This document shows, piece after piece, positions 14,136 through 27,734 of a DNA stretch of 64,000 bases. The notes beneath the pieces are model-generated. The model was not told the DNA's origin, did not search any database, and saw nothing but the letters and a program-made list of their open reading frames with translations. A program made the position numbers and the translations under genes. The stretch is from Lytechinus pictus (lineage: Eukaryota), in the NCBI RefSeq assembly GCF_037042905.1, contig NC_087263.1:3100001-3164000 (forward strand), in the 5' to 3' direction. The number at the start of each line of letters is the position of its first letter. Within the stretch, counting starts at the first letter, position 1.

Positions 14136-16099
14136 AAGAACATGATACCATTGTGCACCTGTGCACACCTTTTCTTTTAATTCGATTCTATCAGTCATAG
14201 AAGATCCAGTGTCAGCAAGTCATTTGTCAAGGAATCTCAAAAGAATTATTGTAAAAAAAAGGCATTCAAACGACTTTTTCTCCCAAGAATCAGTTTTCAG
14301 AGTCTTTTCATTTGTCCATCCAAGTGATTTTTGTGTTGAATATTAAGAGATTTTGATGTAAGATCTCAAGGTGTACAAGAACAAACAAATGTGGAGGGGG
14401 CATCTGAGTTAGAAGGTGAAAGAGACAATTTACCTCTGCCGTTGTCAGACTGATGCAATAAAGGCATTGACTTCTTTGCATTTGGAGTTCACGTGGAGGT
14501 AATTCCTTTTTTCCTTTGTGATGGTGATACTTGAAGCTACTGTAGCCTGCCTCAGTGGCTTGTACCTATCACATCTAGTCTGTTTGGCAGATCGTTGAGA
14601 GATCCAATATCTCCGCTTCACCTTTGGGAATCCTTCCAATTGCTCTGTAAAGCCCCTTGGTTATTGGATGGTGTGTGGCGGGTCAAGTTTAGAGTCGGGG
14701 GTCAAGTCTAGGGGTCGACTCCTTTGAAGGGTCAAAAGCGAGAAGGGTAAATTAGACACCCATGGGATCTCCAAAGAATCCCAACTTCCAATTTTCTTGT
14801 GTAAAATGATCGATACTGATCAAGTAGGATTGTTCATAAACTTGTTTTCTTGTTGCTAATAATATTCCTTTTTGTAGCAACGTTAAGACCAGGGCCTACC
14901 AAGATGAACTTCCGATTACCTTCTGTAAAATGAACAATCAGTAATCCAAAGACTTGGGGGGGGGGGTGTTTCACAAAGATTGTCACTTAATGATGATGGT
15001 ATGTGATACGCAATGCGCAATCTTACTGATTAATAAGCAGTATAGTGCACGTCCTCTTGGCATGATCTGACCAATGCGGACATGGCTATTATAACGCACA
15101 CAACTTGGCATTTAAGTGCGACTCTTGAGTCATACCTTTGTCATCCCTCCCCCGCTTGAAATGTGTGAAGACCTCTTCCCGAAGAACAGTTGTGTCCTCA
15201 CTTACGCTAAAACCAGTTTAACGAAGCAAAGCGATCTCAAAACTACATCGCGAGGTGGTTTTCTGAACCGGTTTGGAAGATCGGTTCCAAGACTGCTTCG
15301 ACCGTTCTCATTACACGTTAAACTAGTTTCCACTAAACTAGTTTAAGGACGGCAGTGAGAACGGTGTCTAACAGCAACTGTTTATTCAACAGTTTATTCT
15401 TCAGTCATAAACTTTCTTTTGAATGGTTTGTTAGGGTAATAATTTCCAAGTTTAACTAGGTCAGGTGCTTGAATATTTTATAGTGTTGTAATGTTAAGTG
15501 ATGGATAAATATTGACTTGATATTTTGTTGGAAGTGATGCTTTTTTAGTCTGATGTGGTATCAAACAGTATTTACCGGGGCTTCATTTTAATAGTGAAAA
15601 TTATAATAATTGATTTATTTATGAATGAGTTCTATTTGAACTTATTCTCTTGTTCTTCAGTTTTTATAAAAAGGAATATCATCAAAATGGGCCTAATGGG
15701 AAAATTATATTGATGGCTCTATTCTCCTGTTTCTGTTAATAGTACAAAATTTTGCTTATTGAACTCACTCCCAATTTATGGAGATTCACATTTCCGAAGG
15801 CTAGGTTTGACATTTAAGGGGTATACTTGGAAAATGTTTGGCTGAAACAGCTACATGAGTTCAAAAGGCATTTTTCCATCCATAGTTCTAATTGCTTTCT
15901 TAATATGAATAGAACAGAAAATGAAGTAGAATATTTCCTGATGTTGAGTGATTCATTCATGTCTTGAGGCAATATTATTGAAAGAAAATGAGGGTCTTAT
16001 TATCCTATACCTTCAATATTTAATCTACGTTATGGCCTGCAGATTGTGATAACGTTAGAAATTGTGTTGCGAAAGATATTGTATGTTTGATTTTGCCAG

Positions 16100-16275
16100 C
16101 GCCATAATGAGGCTGCGATGAATGCAAGGAATGCTCCCCAGGGAGTGAAAATTGTGCACTTTTCGTGCAGGATTGAAACGAATCCAATGACCGGAGTAAT
16201 GATATGCTGTAACGCGCTTTGAGCCATTCTGGGAAAAGCGCTTGATAAAAATTGGCTATTATTATTATTATTTTG
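16100..16275 (+). mobile_element. SINE 3' fragment with (ATT)n tail
   Basis: ggaatgctccccagggagtg is shared with the SINE at 52753-53052; ends aagcgcttgataaaaattggctattattatt. Confidence 0.65.
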
Positions 16276-17105
16276 ATTTGAGTCGCTCAGGTTTGAATTC
16301 ATTTCACGTAAGTTTAAATGAGCGTTTTATTTTTTAAAAATACATGTCAAAGATGAAATATAAATTAATGAAGATTGATAAAGTAAGATAACTAATCGTT
16401 TTTCTACATTCAAGATTTAAGTTATACCCCAAAATATCAGGTTATATACTTTGAAAACTACCATGTAAGACTAACTAACTCAGTAAGACCAAAAGACCTT
16501 GAAACATTTCTTAAAGATTTTCTGAGATTCACAAAATTAGTTTTAAATGGATAAAAAGCCAAAATGTAATTGCAGAAAAGGGGGCTTGAAATGCCTCATT
16601 GAAATATTCACAAAATTAATTCAATTTTGTTTTTAAAAAAAATATCACCAGGTTGCGTTGAATGTGTGATATTGCCTTTGAATTTATCAAATGGGACTTA
16701 TTTCCATTTTATTTTTACCCCAAAATGTAGTAGTGTAGCTTTAATACTGTATGATTATGAGATCCTTCTTCGTGAAGTATTGATGAGTTTTCTTGTGAGA
16801 AGCTTGCTGGAGGGGTCTCATCTGATATGCTGCCATCCCTGAGGTTCTGGCTGACTGCTCACTCAGAGATGCCCTCTTTTTCTGGGTGTTCACTCCATTT
16901 TATAGCCATTTGTTATTCACATGGCCTTTTCAAAGTGACAACCCCCCCCCCCCCCCTCCAGCCTCTTGTAGTCTGTACTGCTTTTGTATGTGATTCTGAC
17001 AGTTGTCTTTCTGTGCACATTTCTTTCACATCATTTCTTTCACCTTTTTACCTCTTTCCCTTTCCCCATCTTTTTTATCCATCAACTTCTGTATAACGTG
17101 TCATA

Positions 17106-17392
17106 GGCCTGTATTCTGAAAGTCGGGTTTAACATACCATGGTCTGTGTGCTAAAATTATGGGAAGCCAAAAGTTTCAAAATTTTTATTAAGTTGTATGT
17201 TTCTTATGTTTACTGTGCTCTTTCCTGATTCATTGATGGTGAAGACAAACATCTTTTTATACTTCCTACACAATTATGAATGATTTGAGAGCCAAATAAG
17301 CTGAAATATGATATCTCTACTGTTCGTGATTTATGTAACAATTGGCTAAGCATACCTGAGTTTAAGTTAAACCCGACTTCAGAATACAGGCC
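17106..17392. mobile_element. Harbinger-type MITE at the centre of an extended inverted repeat (16973-17511)
   Basis: TIR ggcctgtattctgaa(a)gtcgggtttaac / gttaaacccgacttcagaatacaggcc. Confidence 0.8.
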
Positions 17393-17719
17393 TATGACAC
17401 TTTATACAGAAGTTGATGGATAAAAAAGATGGGGAAAGGGAAAGAGGTAAAAAGGTGAAAGAAAAGTGCACAGAAAGACAATTGTCAGAATCACATATAA
17501 AAGCAGTACAGTGTCCTTGTTTCTGACTCTTGTCATCACCCAGCTATCCACTCTTTACCTTCCTTTTTTCCTGCCAGTCTGTCTCAATCTCTCCTTCTTT
17601 CTTCCTCTTTTAATCTCTCTATCCCCTCCCCTTTTCTCTTCAACTCTCTCTCTCCCCCTCTCTCCTCTCCCATCTCTTCCCCCTCATCTCTCTTTTCATT
17701 TTCTCTCCATCCTCCATAT

Positions 17720-18143
17720 ACTGACCATATATTGCTGGGGTGAGAAAAGCAGAGCCTTGCCCGACACCGCAGCGCTCGGCTACCTCATGAGAATGTGATT
17801 AATCATTTATCTTCTCTCTCCCTCTCCTTCCTCTCATTTCTCTTCCCACACTTTCTCTTCCTCTCCCTCCTTCCCCTCTTTTCTCTGTACTGACCATATG
17901 TTGTTGGGGTGAGAAAAGCAGAGCCTTGCCCAACAGGGCAGCGCTCGGCTACCTCGCGAGAATGTGATTAATCTTTTTATCTATCTCAATCTCTCTTCCC
18001 CCTCCTCCTTCCTCTCCGTTCTCTACCCCTTCTCTTCCTCCCATCCTCCCTGCTCTGTACTGACCATATATTGCTGGTGTGAGAAAAGCAGAGCCTTGCC
18101 CAACACGGCAGCGCTCGGCTACCTCGTGAGGATGTGATTAATC
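17720..18143. repeat. Tandem repeat, 3 copies, period 169-170 bp (85-bp complex motif plus CT spacer)
   Basis: actgaccatat...gagaaaagcagagccttgccc...gcagcgctcggctacctc...atgtgattaatc starts at 17720, 17889 and 18059. Confidence 0.9.
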
Positions 18144-19972
18144 GAGGACCAGCAGGTCTCTCTTTCTCACAGGTCTGCACTTGTAGGTGAGAAAGAAAAT
18201 GATTAGAAATGAGATCATTATGATCACCATAACCCGGGCCCCTTTTAATATAAAGATTAGCGATTGATCGTGCTGTTGATTTTTTTTCTACTGATCATAC
18301 ACAATAATCAATGCAATCAATCTTAGAATTCAGCCCTATGATCAATCGCTTCGCTTTATATTACAGGGCACATAATTGCATGGCAGTATATCAGGCAAAG
18401 GGAAAGAGTTTATGCATGCTTGGTCTAACTGAATTGGTCAAGTCGCCAGTAGGTCCAGTTACCACTTGGTCTAATTATCGCTAAATTCAGTTACCATTTC
18501 AGCTATAGGTTGAGAGACAATAAGACCTCCCCTCCTCCCCCCCCCCAAAATAAAAATGAGTAATCATTTTACCTTATAATTTACTCTTTTTTATTCACCA
18601 ACATTCTTAACTTAAAACTGATTCTGCACTTATATTCTACAGTGAATGCATAATTACTCAGTAAATTCAAGTAGGATATTGGTATTATTGATCTGAAAAA
18701 TAGAAGATTTTCTTTTTTCATGCTGGAAAAATTCATCATGGAGTAATATGTAGGTTTATTGTCTATATCATGAAGAGGGTCGCGTGACATCGCCAGGGGA
18801 ATCAGAGAGTTAAATACCCGTGTATGATTTCCTTGGTTACTGAAGATATTCGGAAGGGTGGATAAATTGGGACGAATTTGTGGATGGGTATCTTTACACG
18901 GTTGGCGTCCCTGTCTACGGGATAGCAGGGGATAGAGCAGAAATTAGTCCAGTTATTGGATTTCAGCGAAGGTGCTCACATGAGTAATTAAGAAGCTCCA
19001 GGTTCGCATGAACTGGTCACCCATGGCAACGCACTCTTTTGAGACGATTTCACACCGGTGTGATGCCGGGAAATTGCTCCCAATTAATAGAAATGAGTAG
19101 TCTACCTTTCAGCCACTTTTCTTTTTGTCTATTAGTTTGAAATGATAATATTCCTCTTTCAGATGATTATGATTTTATTTTAATGGGATGAATTCAGGCT
19201 GTGATTAAAAAGGAGAAAGAGTTCCTCGTATACTTGTCCCAATTTGTCCAATTTTTAAGAGACTAAAATCTCAGGGATTCCCATTAAAATAATAATCATC
19301 TCCGTTGGTCCAATTTTTTGCTTTGAAATGTTACTGAGACTGGATGTAAGGCTATGTGTATTACTCACATGACTAGCTGTGCTTTGAAGCTTCTCAAGCT
19401 TGGCTATTTTACCTGGCCATTTCACTCTGATTAACCACCAGCTGAGTGCACCTTTAGAGCTATAAAAAAGTCAGAAATTCTCTTCCTCGACTTGAGAACT
19501 TGACCCTTGGAAGATAAAGATCAGTCAGATGGTTTAATCAATGGGCTTGAGATTGAAAGTTAGTCAGGTCAAGCTTCTTTGTGAAACGCTTATGCGATCA
19601 GAGATCTGAATTGAAGACAAAACTATCTATTTAATATTTTTGACATATAATTTAGTTTGGTCTTCAATTCTTATCTTTGTGAAGCACTTTCCTCATCAGA
19701 TATGTCAATTTAAGACAAAACTATGCATTAATGCTTTTTATCCTTTGGCCATGTTCAAAACATTCTTTGTGTGCTAAAGAAGCATCCATTCTAGATTATT
19801 TTCCATTGTTATATGACTATAAAAATAAAGTTTACGTCCTTGTAAGATACATGAGAAGAAAGTATGCCTCTCTCGTTACAGGTCCCATTTACCAGAATGC
19901 CTGGAATTGATTATGCATCTGTTTTATAAAAGTGAGTGCATATGATGATAAATGTAATCGATAGTTTCTTAA

Positions 19973-20074
19973 GCCCCTTTTACATTTGGTGGTGCGACTG
20001 CTCTGCGATTTTGTGCAACATATATTGTGACCAAGTGATAGCAAACGATCGCACGAGCAATTGTGAAAGCCCCT
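19973..20074 (+). mobile_element. ~100-bp MITE; further copies at 45286-45395 and 55857-55959
   Basis: taa-gcccctttcacaa.tggtggtgcgactgc...gcaattgtgaaagcccct-taa recurs three times with TAA flanks. Confidence 0.8.
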
Positions 20075-20179
20075 TTACCACTACAGCAGTTTATTTTTAC
20101 CATATTTGTTGATTGGACACATCCACAAATGCAACAGTTATTTTGACCAGTCCTTTCTTAGATTGTAATCCATTCATCC

Positions 20180-20545
20180 CTTTAATATGTATGATAATTT
20201 TCACTAATTTCTTCTAAAGAGAGAGAGAACGAGAGTGATTGAGGTCCTTTAAATCACTACTTTATATATTTATAGTAGTGAAGCATGCTTGATAGTCTCT
20301 AAATGCAATTCACTCCAAAAGGAGTCAAAATGCACTCTAAAAAGATGTACACTGTACATTTCACTTTAATATGTATGATAATTTTCACTCATTTCTTCTT
20401 AAGAGAGAGAAAACGAGAGTGATTGAGGTCCTTAAATTCACTATTTTATATCTTTATAGCAGTGAAGCATGCTTGATACTCTTGAAATGCAATTCACTCC
20501 AAAATGAGTCAAAATGCACTCTTAAAAGATTTACAGTTCACTCCA
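20180..20545. repeat. Tandem duplication, about 184 bp x2
   Basis: ctttaatatgtatgataattttcact...gagtcaaaatgcactct is repeated directly. Confidence 0.9.
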
Positions 20546-21130
20546 AAGGGATTGGTCCCTAGTATCACTCCAAGAGAAGTGTGATTACGGACTAGATAAA
20601 CTAATTTAAAGTGTATGACAGATAAGATAGGAGTTGAGATAGAGAGGAAGGAAAAGTGGACTGAAAAGAATTGGAAATAAATGAGCTCTCAAGACTAATA
20701 ACCAAGAGCGGATGCAATAGAAAATGCTATTTCCCTGACTGGGCCAATACATGTTGTTTCCCTCACTGGGCCAATAGATGCAATAGAATATGCTATTTCC
20801 CCGACTGGGCCAAATGAAACATTTCCTTGCAGGCAATCATTAATTTGGCATTTACATCGAGAGTATTTCTGGGAGGCTCTCATTTTCTCGAAGAATCGGC
20901 CGATTGTCCGCTTAACGATTCATGCGTGATGGGCCGGCGAAGATTCGCTATTCATTTCACGTTGAATAAAACACATTTCCTCTCTAGGATAGGACAGGGA
21001 AACTCATTCACAAAGTTCATGAACTGATAAATAACCCTTAAAGTTTTCTGATCGTTATTCAAAGGTGCAAAAAGATGGACATGTGAATTTCAGAGAATGA
21101 AAATCCATTTTGATCGACAGATGCTATTAA

Positions 21131-21400
21131 CTCTTAATGTGCCATTCACTGTAATCAGCGAGTGCCATTTTTTCAGAGAGTCTATATTTAATTGTTTTAT
21201 TTATATAAAAAAAGGGAATCGCTCCTGATACAATGTTAAATCTCTTGACCATAAGCTGAACTGAACAATGGAATCACACATGCATGCAATGTACTCCTCA
21301 AAATGCAATAGGCATAACAATAGCTGTATGACCGTTGCACGAAAATGTGTTTGTGGCACTCCAGTGGATGCACAGATATGTGTTCATGGCACGTTAAGGG
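21131..21400. mobile_element. piggyBac-type MITE
   Basis: TTAA-ctcttaatgtgccat...atggcacgttaaggg-TTAA. Confidence 0.75.
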
Positions 21401-22883
21401 TTAAAGGTAATATTTCATCAATATGAGCATATAGATACACATTCAAAGCATACTTGCTAATCTGCCTGATAGTCTTCTCAATGATACACAAAATATACTT
21501 TTAAAAAAAAGAAAAATTAGAAAGGCATGACACATTAATTAAATTTAGTCTAGTCAGCTCAATTTTAGTATTTCTGAAATTTTGATTGTATATTAGGGTA
21601 GTGAAAGTATGCTTTTCCTTTCAAACAAAAATACAGACCTCAGTGTTATCTGTACCTCCTTTCCCCCTTGAAGATGGATTGCCAAAAACCTGTCAATGAC
21701 GCAAATAAGTTAGATAAATAATTCACTTGCATCTGTCATCCTCTTCCTCATTTCTAATCCTTTGTCAAACATGTCTTTTTTGTAAAGCTGCATAAGATAC
21801 ATGACATCAATCTTAGTATGTGGGACCACACACAAAAATTACATTTTGAGTCGGCATGTGCAAGTATGCCAATGTATTAAAATGAGAATTCAACACATTA
21901 ATGTTCATTTGCAGGACGACATCGAAAGGTTGGTGTCAGATTATGGTGTCACTTGATTATGTTTTTGTTTCAGGAGAATGCAAAGAATGGGACAACATTC
22001 TTGTCAAAGTGTGAACACAGTTATTAGATAAGCAGCTCAATAGCACAGTCTTTGTTCCTTTCTATTCTATAGATTTGAATAACAAAAAGTCTCAACTAAA
22101 AAAACAGTAATCTAGCTACTAAAAATGCCAGTCTCATTAAATCATGTATCAAATTGTCTTCAAACCATTAAAATTTGCGAGGTATGAAATTAATAAGCAC
22201 CACTTTTTCTATATCAGTGCTTTTGAGTTTTTAATGGCCTCTTGCTCGTCAACCTAGAATTCAAAATTAAATCAGTCCAAGAATTGAGTTTTACAAGTCT
22301 CGTTTGCAAGAAAAAATGTCAAATTTGAATATTACAGCTCAATAATGTGTTAATATCTTCAGTAGATTAATAGGAAGTGTGGCTCTGTGTGTATGCAATG
22401 TGCATAGTGTAGTCCCATATATAGAGAAGTTATGTTGTCTCACATGTAGGATAGGTATAGAGACAATAAAAGGATTGATTAGTCGGCAATGTCGGTTAAT
22501 GCCTTCCTCTTCTTCCTTTTTCCCTTTTCTTCCTTTCCTCCCTTCTAAATTCTCATCAGTTTTATATAAGCTGATATCCATTAGAAATGATAGGTTATTA
22601 TTCAGGTTTGTTTGAGTGTAGCCATATTTGAAAACAAGATTGTAGAGATTATAGGCAGAGAGAATTAAAGGATATAGCCAGGTATTAAAAATAGCTCTGG
22701 CAATAATTACATGAATTAAACTGTTGATGGGAATCCCAGTTGATTACTTTAATAGGAAATGAAAGCGATGCAACCGCAAAGTGAGAACTGAATTTTTTTA
22801 AAGCATCTTATGGCAACTGCATGTAGAATCCCAGCCAATAGTTTAAACAGGGGCTGCAGCTACATGTATATCTTTGCTGTTAC

Positions 22884-23281
22884 CGGTGCTTTCACTTTTC
22901 AAAACAAAACTTCCTGGAATTCACTCTGAAATTTCCTGGAATTTTACAAAATATCCCGGAATTTTACCAATATACTCCAGTCTTCCGTAGGATGTTATAA
23001 TTTTCTTCTCCATGTATGCATAAACAAGGGCCCATTGCCGTAATGAGCCAAAAATTTTGAGGGGGCGAAATATGACGTATGGGGCAAAATTTATATAGAG
23101 TTGCAAGCGAGTGAGCTAAACATTTTGACATTTTAATTACAAAGATCTGATTTTGTGAAAGATTTTGACATAATATTCAGGAAATAATATAATTCCCAGA
23201 AATGATAACTTCCTGGAATTATCCCAGAAAATAGCAAAACTTCCCTGAATTTCCTGGATTACGGGAAGAGTGGAAGCACTG
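22884..23281. mobile_element. hAT-type MITE
   Basis: TIR cggtgctttcactttt / aagagtggaagcactg; perfect 8-bp TSD gctgttac (22876-83, 23282-89). Confidence 0.85.
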
Positions 23282-24727
23282 GCTGTTACTCTAAAAGTAT
23301 GCAATGGGTATGATGCAGCTTGACTGCACAAACTTTGCACCTACCCCCTAAAGCCTTTTGTTTTAGTCTTCCTTGTACTACATGGACCTATGAACCGTTA
23401 TGCAGATGGTCTGTACAAGAAATTCCACTGGACTTTTGTAACAGAAAACCCTGCATACGGTAACATGAATATTCTGGTTTGTAGTTGGTAACCTTGAGTA
23501 GCTACATGTACTTTCTATCAATCCTTCCATTTTTTGCCATCAAAATCATCTAGTTCGGCAGTTTGCTCATCTCCAGCATCAAAAAGACAATTCTTTTGAC
23601 ATATTTTGTTGAAGAGATCGATGAGCTATACCTAAACCTTGCATGTGCCCCACTATTTATCCTTCAGTCCCATGTATAGGCATATGACGCAGGCTGTCTC
23701 AATTATTAGCGGAGTCTATTCCCTGTATTGATACACTGCTCTATTATTCATCTACCTGGTTGCACCTGCCCTCTGCTATTCAACTCTTGCCCTGTTCACA
23801 CGAAGGTTGCCCGGTTTTAATCCGCTCACTTTTTTGTAATCCCAGGAGCATGTCACAAACTTTTATTACAAATTTACTTCAACTTTTGCCATGTTTTGAA
23901 ACCAGAAGGGTTTATATTAAAAAAAAAATGTCAGTCATTTTATTTGACTAATTTTCTTCAACTCCTGTTCACATGAATTTCACCTCATTTGGATCATTCC
24001 TTTTTAGGAACCGGGAGGGTTTCATAAAACTTCTTTTTCATTGATTTCATTTTTTTTAATTTACTTCAAATTTTGTCACATGAAGATCACCTGTTTTAAT
24101 CAGTTTCTTATTGGAATTTTTTCAGGGAGTTTCATGAAATGTCTTGTCAGCTGATTTTCTTTTCATTTGATAATAATAAATGCAGTTTTGTAAAAATATC
24201 GACTGTGTGCGCTTCCAAAGGGACTTGGGTATTATTTGCCTTAGTGTGGCAAGCATTTTAAGGAGTAAATTCCTGACATGTACCCATTTTATACCTCATC
24301 CGGGTTGGATGCAGCCCAATGTGGACCAATTCTTTATGAAGTTCTTGAGCAATGAATAATAATCATTTAAATTACTATTAATTTGTTATATTCTCTCATG
24401 TATATATATTTTTAAAAATCTGTGAAATGCTCCACTGATAATGTGAATCCTCTCTTCGCTAATATTGAATCAGTATAATCAGCCGAGCACCAAAATCATG
24501 GATGTTATGGCTACGCTGTGAATTTGTGGAAAAGCATTGACTCGCCCATCTCTCTACTTCAAATCATATTACATCTGATCAATATACCAATTCAACATGG
24601 TCGCTCTATGTATATTGACAGGCATGCTAAACCAACCCAACTCTCCCTCTAAGAGTGCAAATTGCCTTGAGGGACTCCAAATTTCATCGCTTCGGAGGAA
24701 GAAGGTCTTTACTGTCCAGATTGATCA

Positions 24728-25163
24728 GGGGGGGTCTTTCACAAAGATCTAAAGTGTGACTTAAAGTCATGCTTAAATGCTGATGCTCTCCTGATATTTC
24801 AAAAACACACAATCTCATATTGATTATTGTGCAGTAAATAATAATGATAAGGAGCTTTTATATAGCACTTCATACACATAAAGTTTCCTAATCGCTTTAC
24901 AATTAAAACAACGTAAATAAAACAAGTACAACATAATAAATTTACATAGAAACAAAGTATGAATTATAAGTGTACAACATTAAGAGATAATGAAATATCA
25001 ATCGTTTAACAACAAATCAATAGCAAGATAACAAATTACAGTAGCATGCGTCCTCCGAGTATGGTCAGACCAATGCAGTAATGCATTGACTACTGATCGC
25101 AACTTGAATTAAAGTGCAACTCTCTATAAAGTCACTCTAATATATCTTTGTGAAAACAGCCCC
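24728..25163. mobile_element. MITE (gggg..tttcacaaagat family) interrupted by a LINE-tail insertion; related copy at about 14956-15152
   Basis: Ends ggtctttcacaaagat / atctttgtgaaaacagcccc; interior carries an (AAT)n...tatatagcact...cgctttaca minus-strand retroelement tail. Confidence 0.6.
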
Positions 25164-25475
25164 AGCCCCAGGGTCTTTTGCATTGCAATAAACTTTGATT
25201 AATTCAATCACAAATCAAGTATAAAACCCAAAATCTAGCATAATCGCAAGAAAGTGGAGTTGCCATTGGATGCCAGTTAACTGCAAGTTTACGCTTACCG
25301 GTAATTAAAGGACTTGCGCTTAACTTTAGGACTTACGCTTGATTTGAGATTGATTGTTTCTTGCATGGGATGCAAATAGACCTCAAAATTGTGTTCAATC
25401 AAAGAACTTATGCTTGATTTTGGACTTGTGCTTGATTGGGGATTGATCGTAATACCCCTTTTTAAGCTCTAACCT

Positions 25476-25607
25476 GGGGCCCGTAACACAAGGGTTAGCG
25501 ATTGATCGTAGAATATTTTTCTACGATCGATTCCATTGACTACAATTTACAATCAATTGTAAAAATGAAGCGTACGATCAATCGCTAACCTTTGTGTTAC
25601 GGGACCC
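25476..25607. mobile_element. Palindromic MITE (gggcccgtaacacaa family); relatives at 6130, about 18236 and 36673-37492
   Basis: ccgtaacacaagggttagcgattgatcgta / tacgatcaatcgctaacctttgtgttacgg. Confidence 0.85.
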
Positions 25608-27662
25608 GATGGGTTCTTGATAAGGATGGGCGACACCCAGCAGGATGACGACGGGCGAACCATCTTGGACGAGAGTGTCCTCCTGGCTAAATGTATGTTT
25701 TTTCAAGTAATTGAATTATTAGACACAGGGATGCTGATAGGGTCACTTTGGTAGTAGACTGCAAGAGCTTGGGTTGATATGTAATACCTGCTCTGGTAGT
25801 CTCTTGATGAAGACATACACTTGTAAGATGGAATCAGGGGTTGGGAAGATTAAACTTTTGGATATGGCTATCTATCCTATTTTTGTTTATATGCCATATT
25901 CCGATTTGTATCAAGCATAAGTTTTTTTGTTTTTTTTTCTTTATTTTTATTTTTTTTCTTTATTTTTTTCTTTATTTATTTATTATTATTATTATTTTTT
26001 TTTTGGGGGGGGGGGGGGGGCTTGTAAGAAAGAATGGTGGGATAGAATTATTTCTTGTGGTCAGGGCTATTTTCCTTGTTTCGTTCATTCAAAATTTGTG
26101 TTGGAAAAAGCTCAAATATTAAAGTTTTTTTAAATCTCGTTGGCTAAATTCATTGCCTTTCAGTCGTATGTATTATCTTCTTTTTAAGATGAAATCCTAT
26201 TAATGTGAGCATGTATTAAAAATGATAAAACGTAAGGATTGGAGAAGGTTATATCTCTTTAAAATCGGTGCAATTAGTAGTTATTGAGCTCTTGTAAAAT
26301 ACTGACTTTGGCAGATTTCTGCGGACTGTGAGAGATTGGATATAAATCAAATCACTTTCAACTTATCTAGTACTAAAATTCTCATTTGTTATTTCTGTAA
26401 CGCAAACCTTTGTGATTGATTCCAATCATACAGTTGACTTGTAGAGTTAATTGCAATTGAAAGCGATGAGTATTCCACAACTTTAAAATAAATGTACTTG
26501 TAAATGTTAGATATGATGGTACCAGCAGAATTATGTAGTTATTGAAATACTAGTATGAGAAGGAAAATCACACATCTGCCGTGAATTGATAAAGAGATCT
26601 TAATTAAAGTGGTTAATTCTAATTTTAATACACAAACACTTTTCACTACTTATGAATAAAATGTGTGTTGTGTTTTCTCTAAACATGATTTATTCAACAT
26701 TCTTTACAATTCACATAAAGTGACATTTTAGGTAAATGCTATGTAGCTATAAAGGTTGATGTGTGTTGCCTTGCGTAAAATATACCTAGTTTCATGAGTG
26801 AACCATTAGAATAGAAAACAGAATAATATAGGAACTATGATGTGATCAACGCCTTACTTAAGGATGCTTTGAAAAGAAAAATTGTTTAATTCATGTCACA
26901 CAAAGCAAGAGAATGGCAAAGATGATTGCAAAGGATGTTTAATCATTGCAAGTGATCTTCTCTGATAGCCTCAGGCTAAGGTCTGGAGTCAAAGACTAAC
27001 TATCCAGTGCATGTTGTAGGGGTATCCATATCACTGACATTAATAATTCATCGTGGGTTTATAGCCGGCATCTTCCGAATACCCTTACTCAAGTGATCAC
27101 AATCTACATTGATTTACAAATCTGATTCTCGGTCTGAATTTCAGATAGCCAAGGTCCGGGCTCTGTTCACACTTGCTCATTGGTGGAATCAAATCATGTA
27201 TTATGTACTGATTGTATTAGTGCCCTGTGTGAAATGAATGCATTTTGATTGTGCAATTGTTATTGGGTCTGAGAATTCTTAAAAATAACCAGAAAATAGT
27301 TATTTCAGCATAGTGTCAAATGACACCTTTTGGCTTGACTACAGCTGGTGATGATGTTGATGACTGTTTGATGATAGCAATGTCAATCGTTCTCATAGTG
27401 CAATTTATCTGGAAAATATGCAAATCTGCTGATTTTCACAATATGTCACACAGACATAGGTTTTGATTACCGATTTTGAAGGTCTTTTTCTTTAATTGAG
27501 TATTTATTATATCTAATGCAGCAGTCTTGTAAATTTACTTCATTGTGTGAATGAGGTCATAGTTTGAATTGTAGATGGCCATGGTTAAGTGTTATCAGGT
27601 AGAAACCATCAACAGTGTACCATCCACACATTCTCAGAAGGCTGTTTCATGGCATCCTTTAA

Positions 27663-27734
27663 CCTATTCCATTTGGAATCCAGCTTATCCCTGTACAAAG
27701 CCTATGAGAATCACAGATTTCAGCGATTAGTGGG
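27663..27734 (-). mobile_element. 72-bp piggyBac-like mini element, inverted relative to 47328-47399
   Basis: ttaa...cctgtacaaagcctatgagaa...agtggg-ttga; same length and core as the reverse complement of 47328-47399. Confidence 0.6.

Noticed and set aside
12262-14198. Long Pro/Ser/Leu/Phe-rich ORFs
   Set aside because: Artefacts of stop-poor CT/GA low-complexity sequence; the same applies at 30106-30576, 38450-38956, 44588-45118 and 54584-55110.
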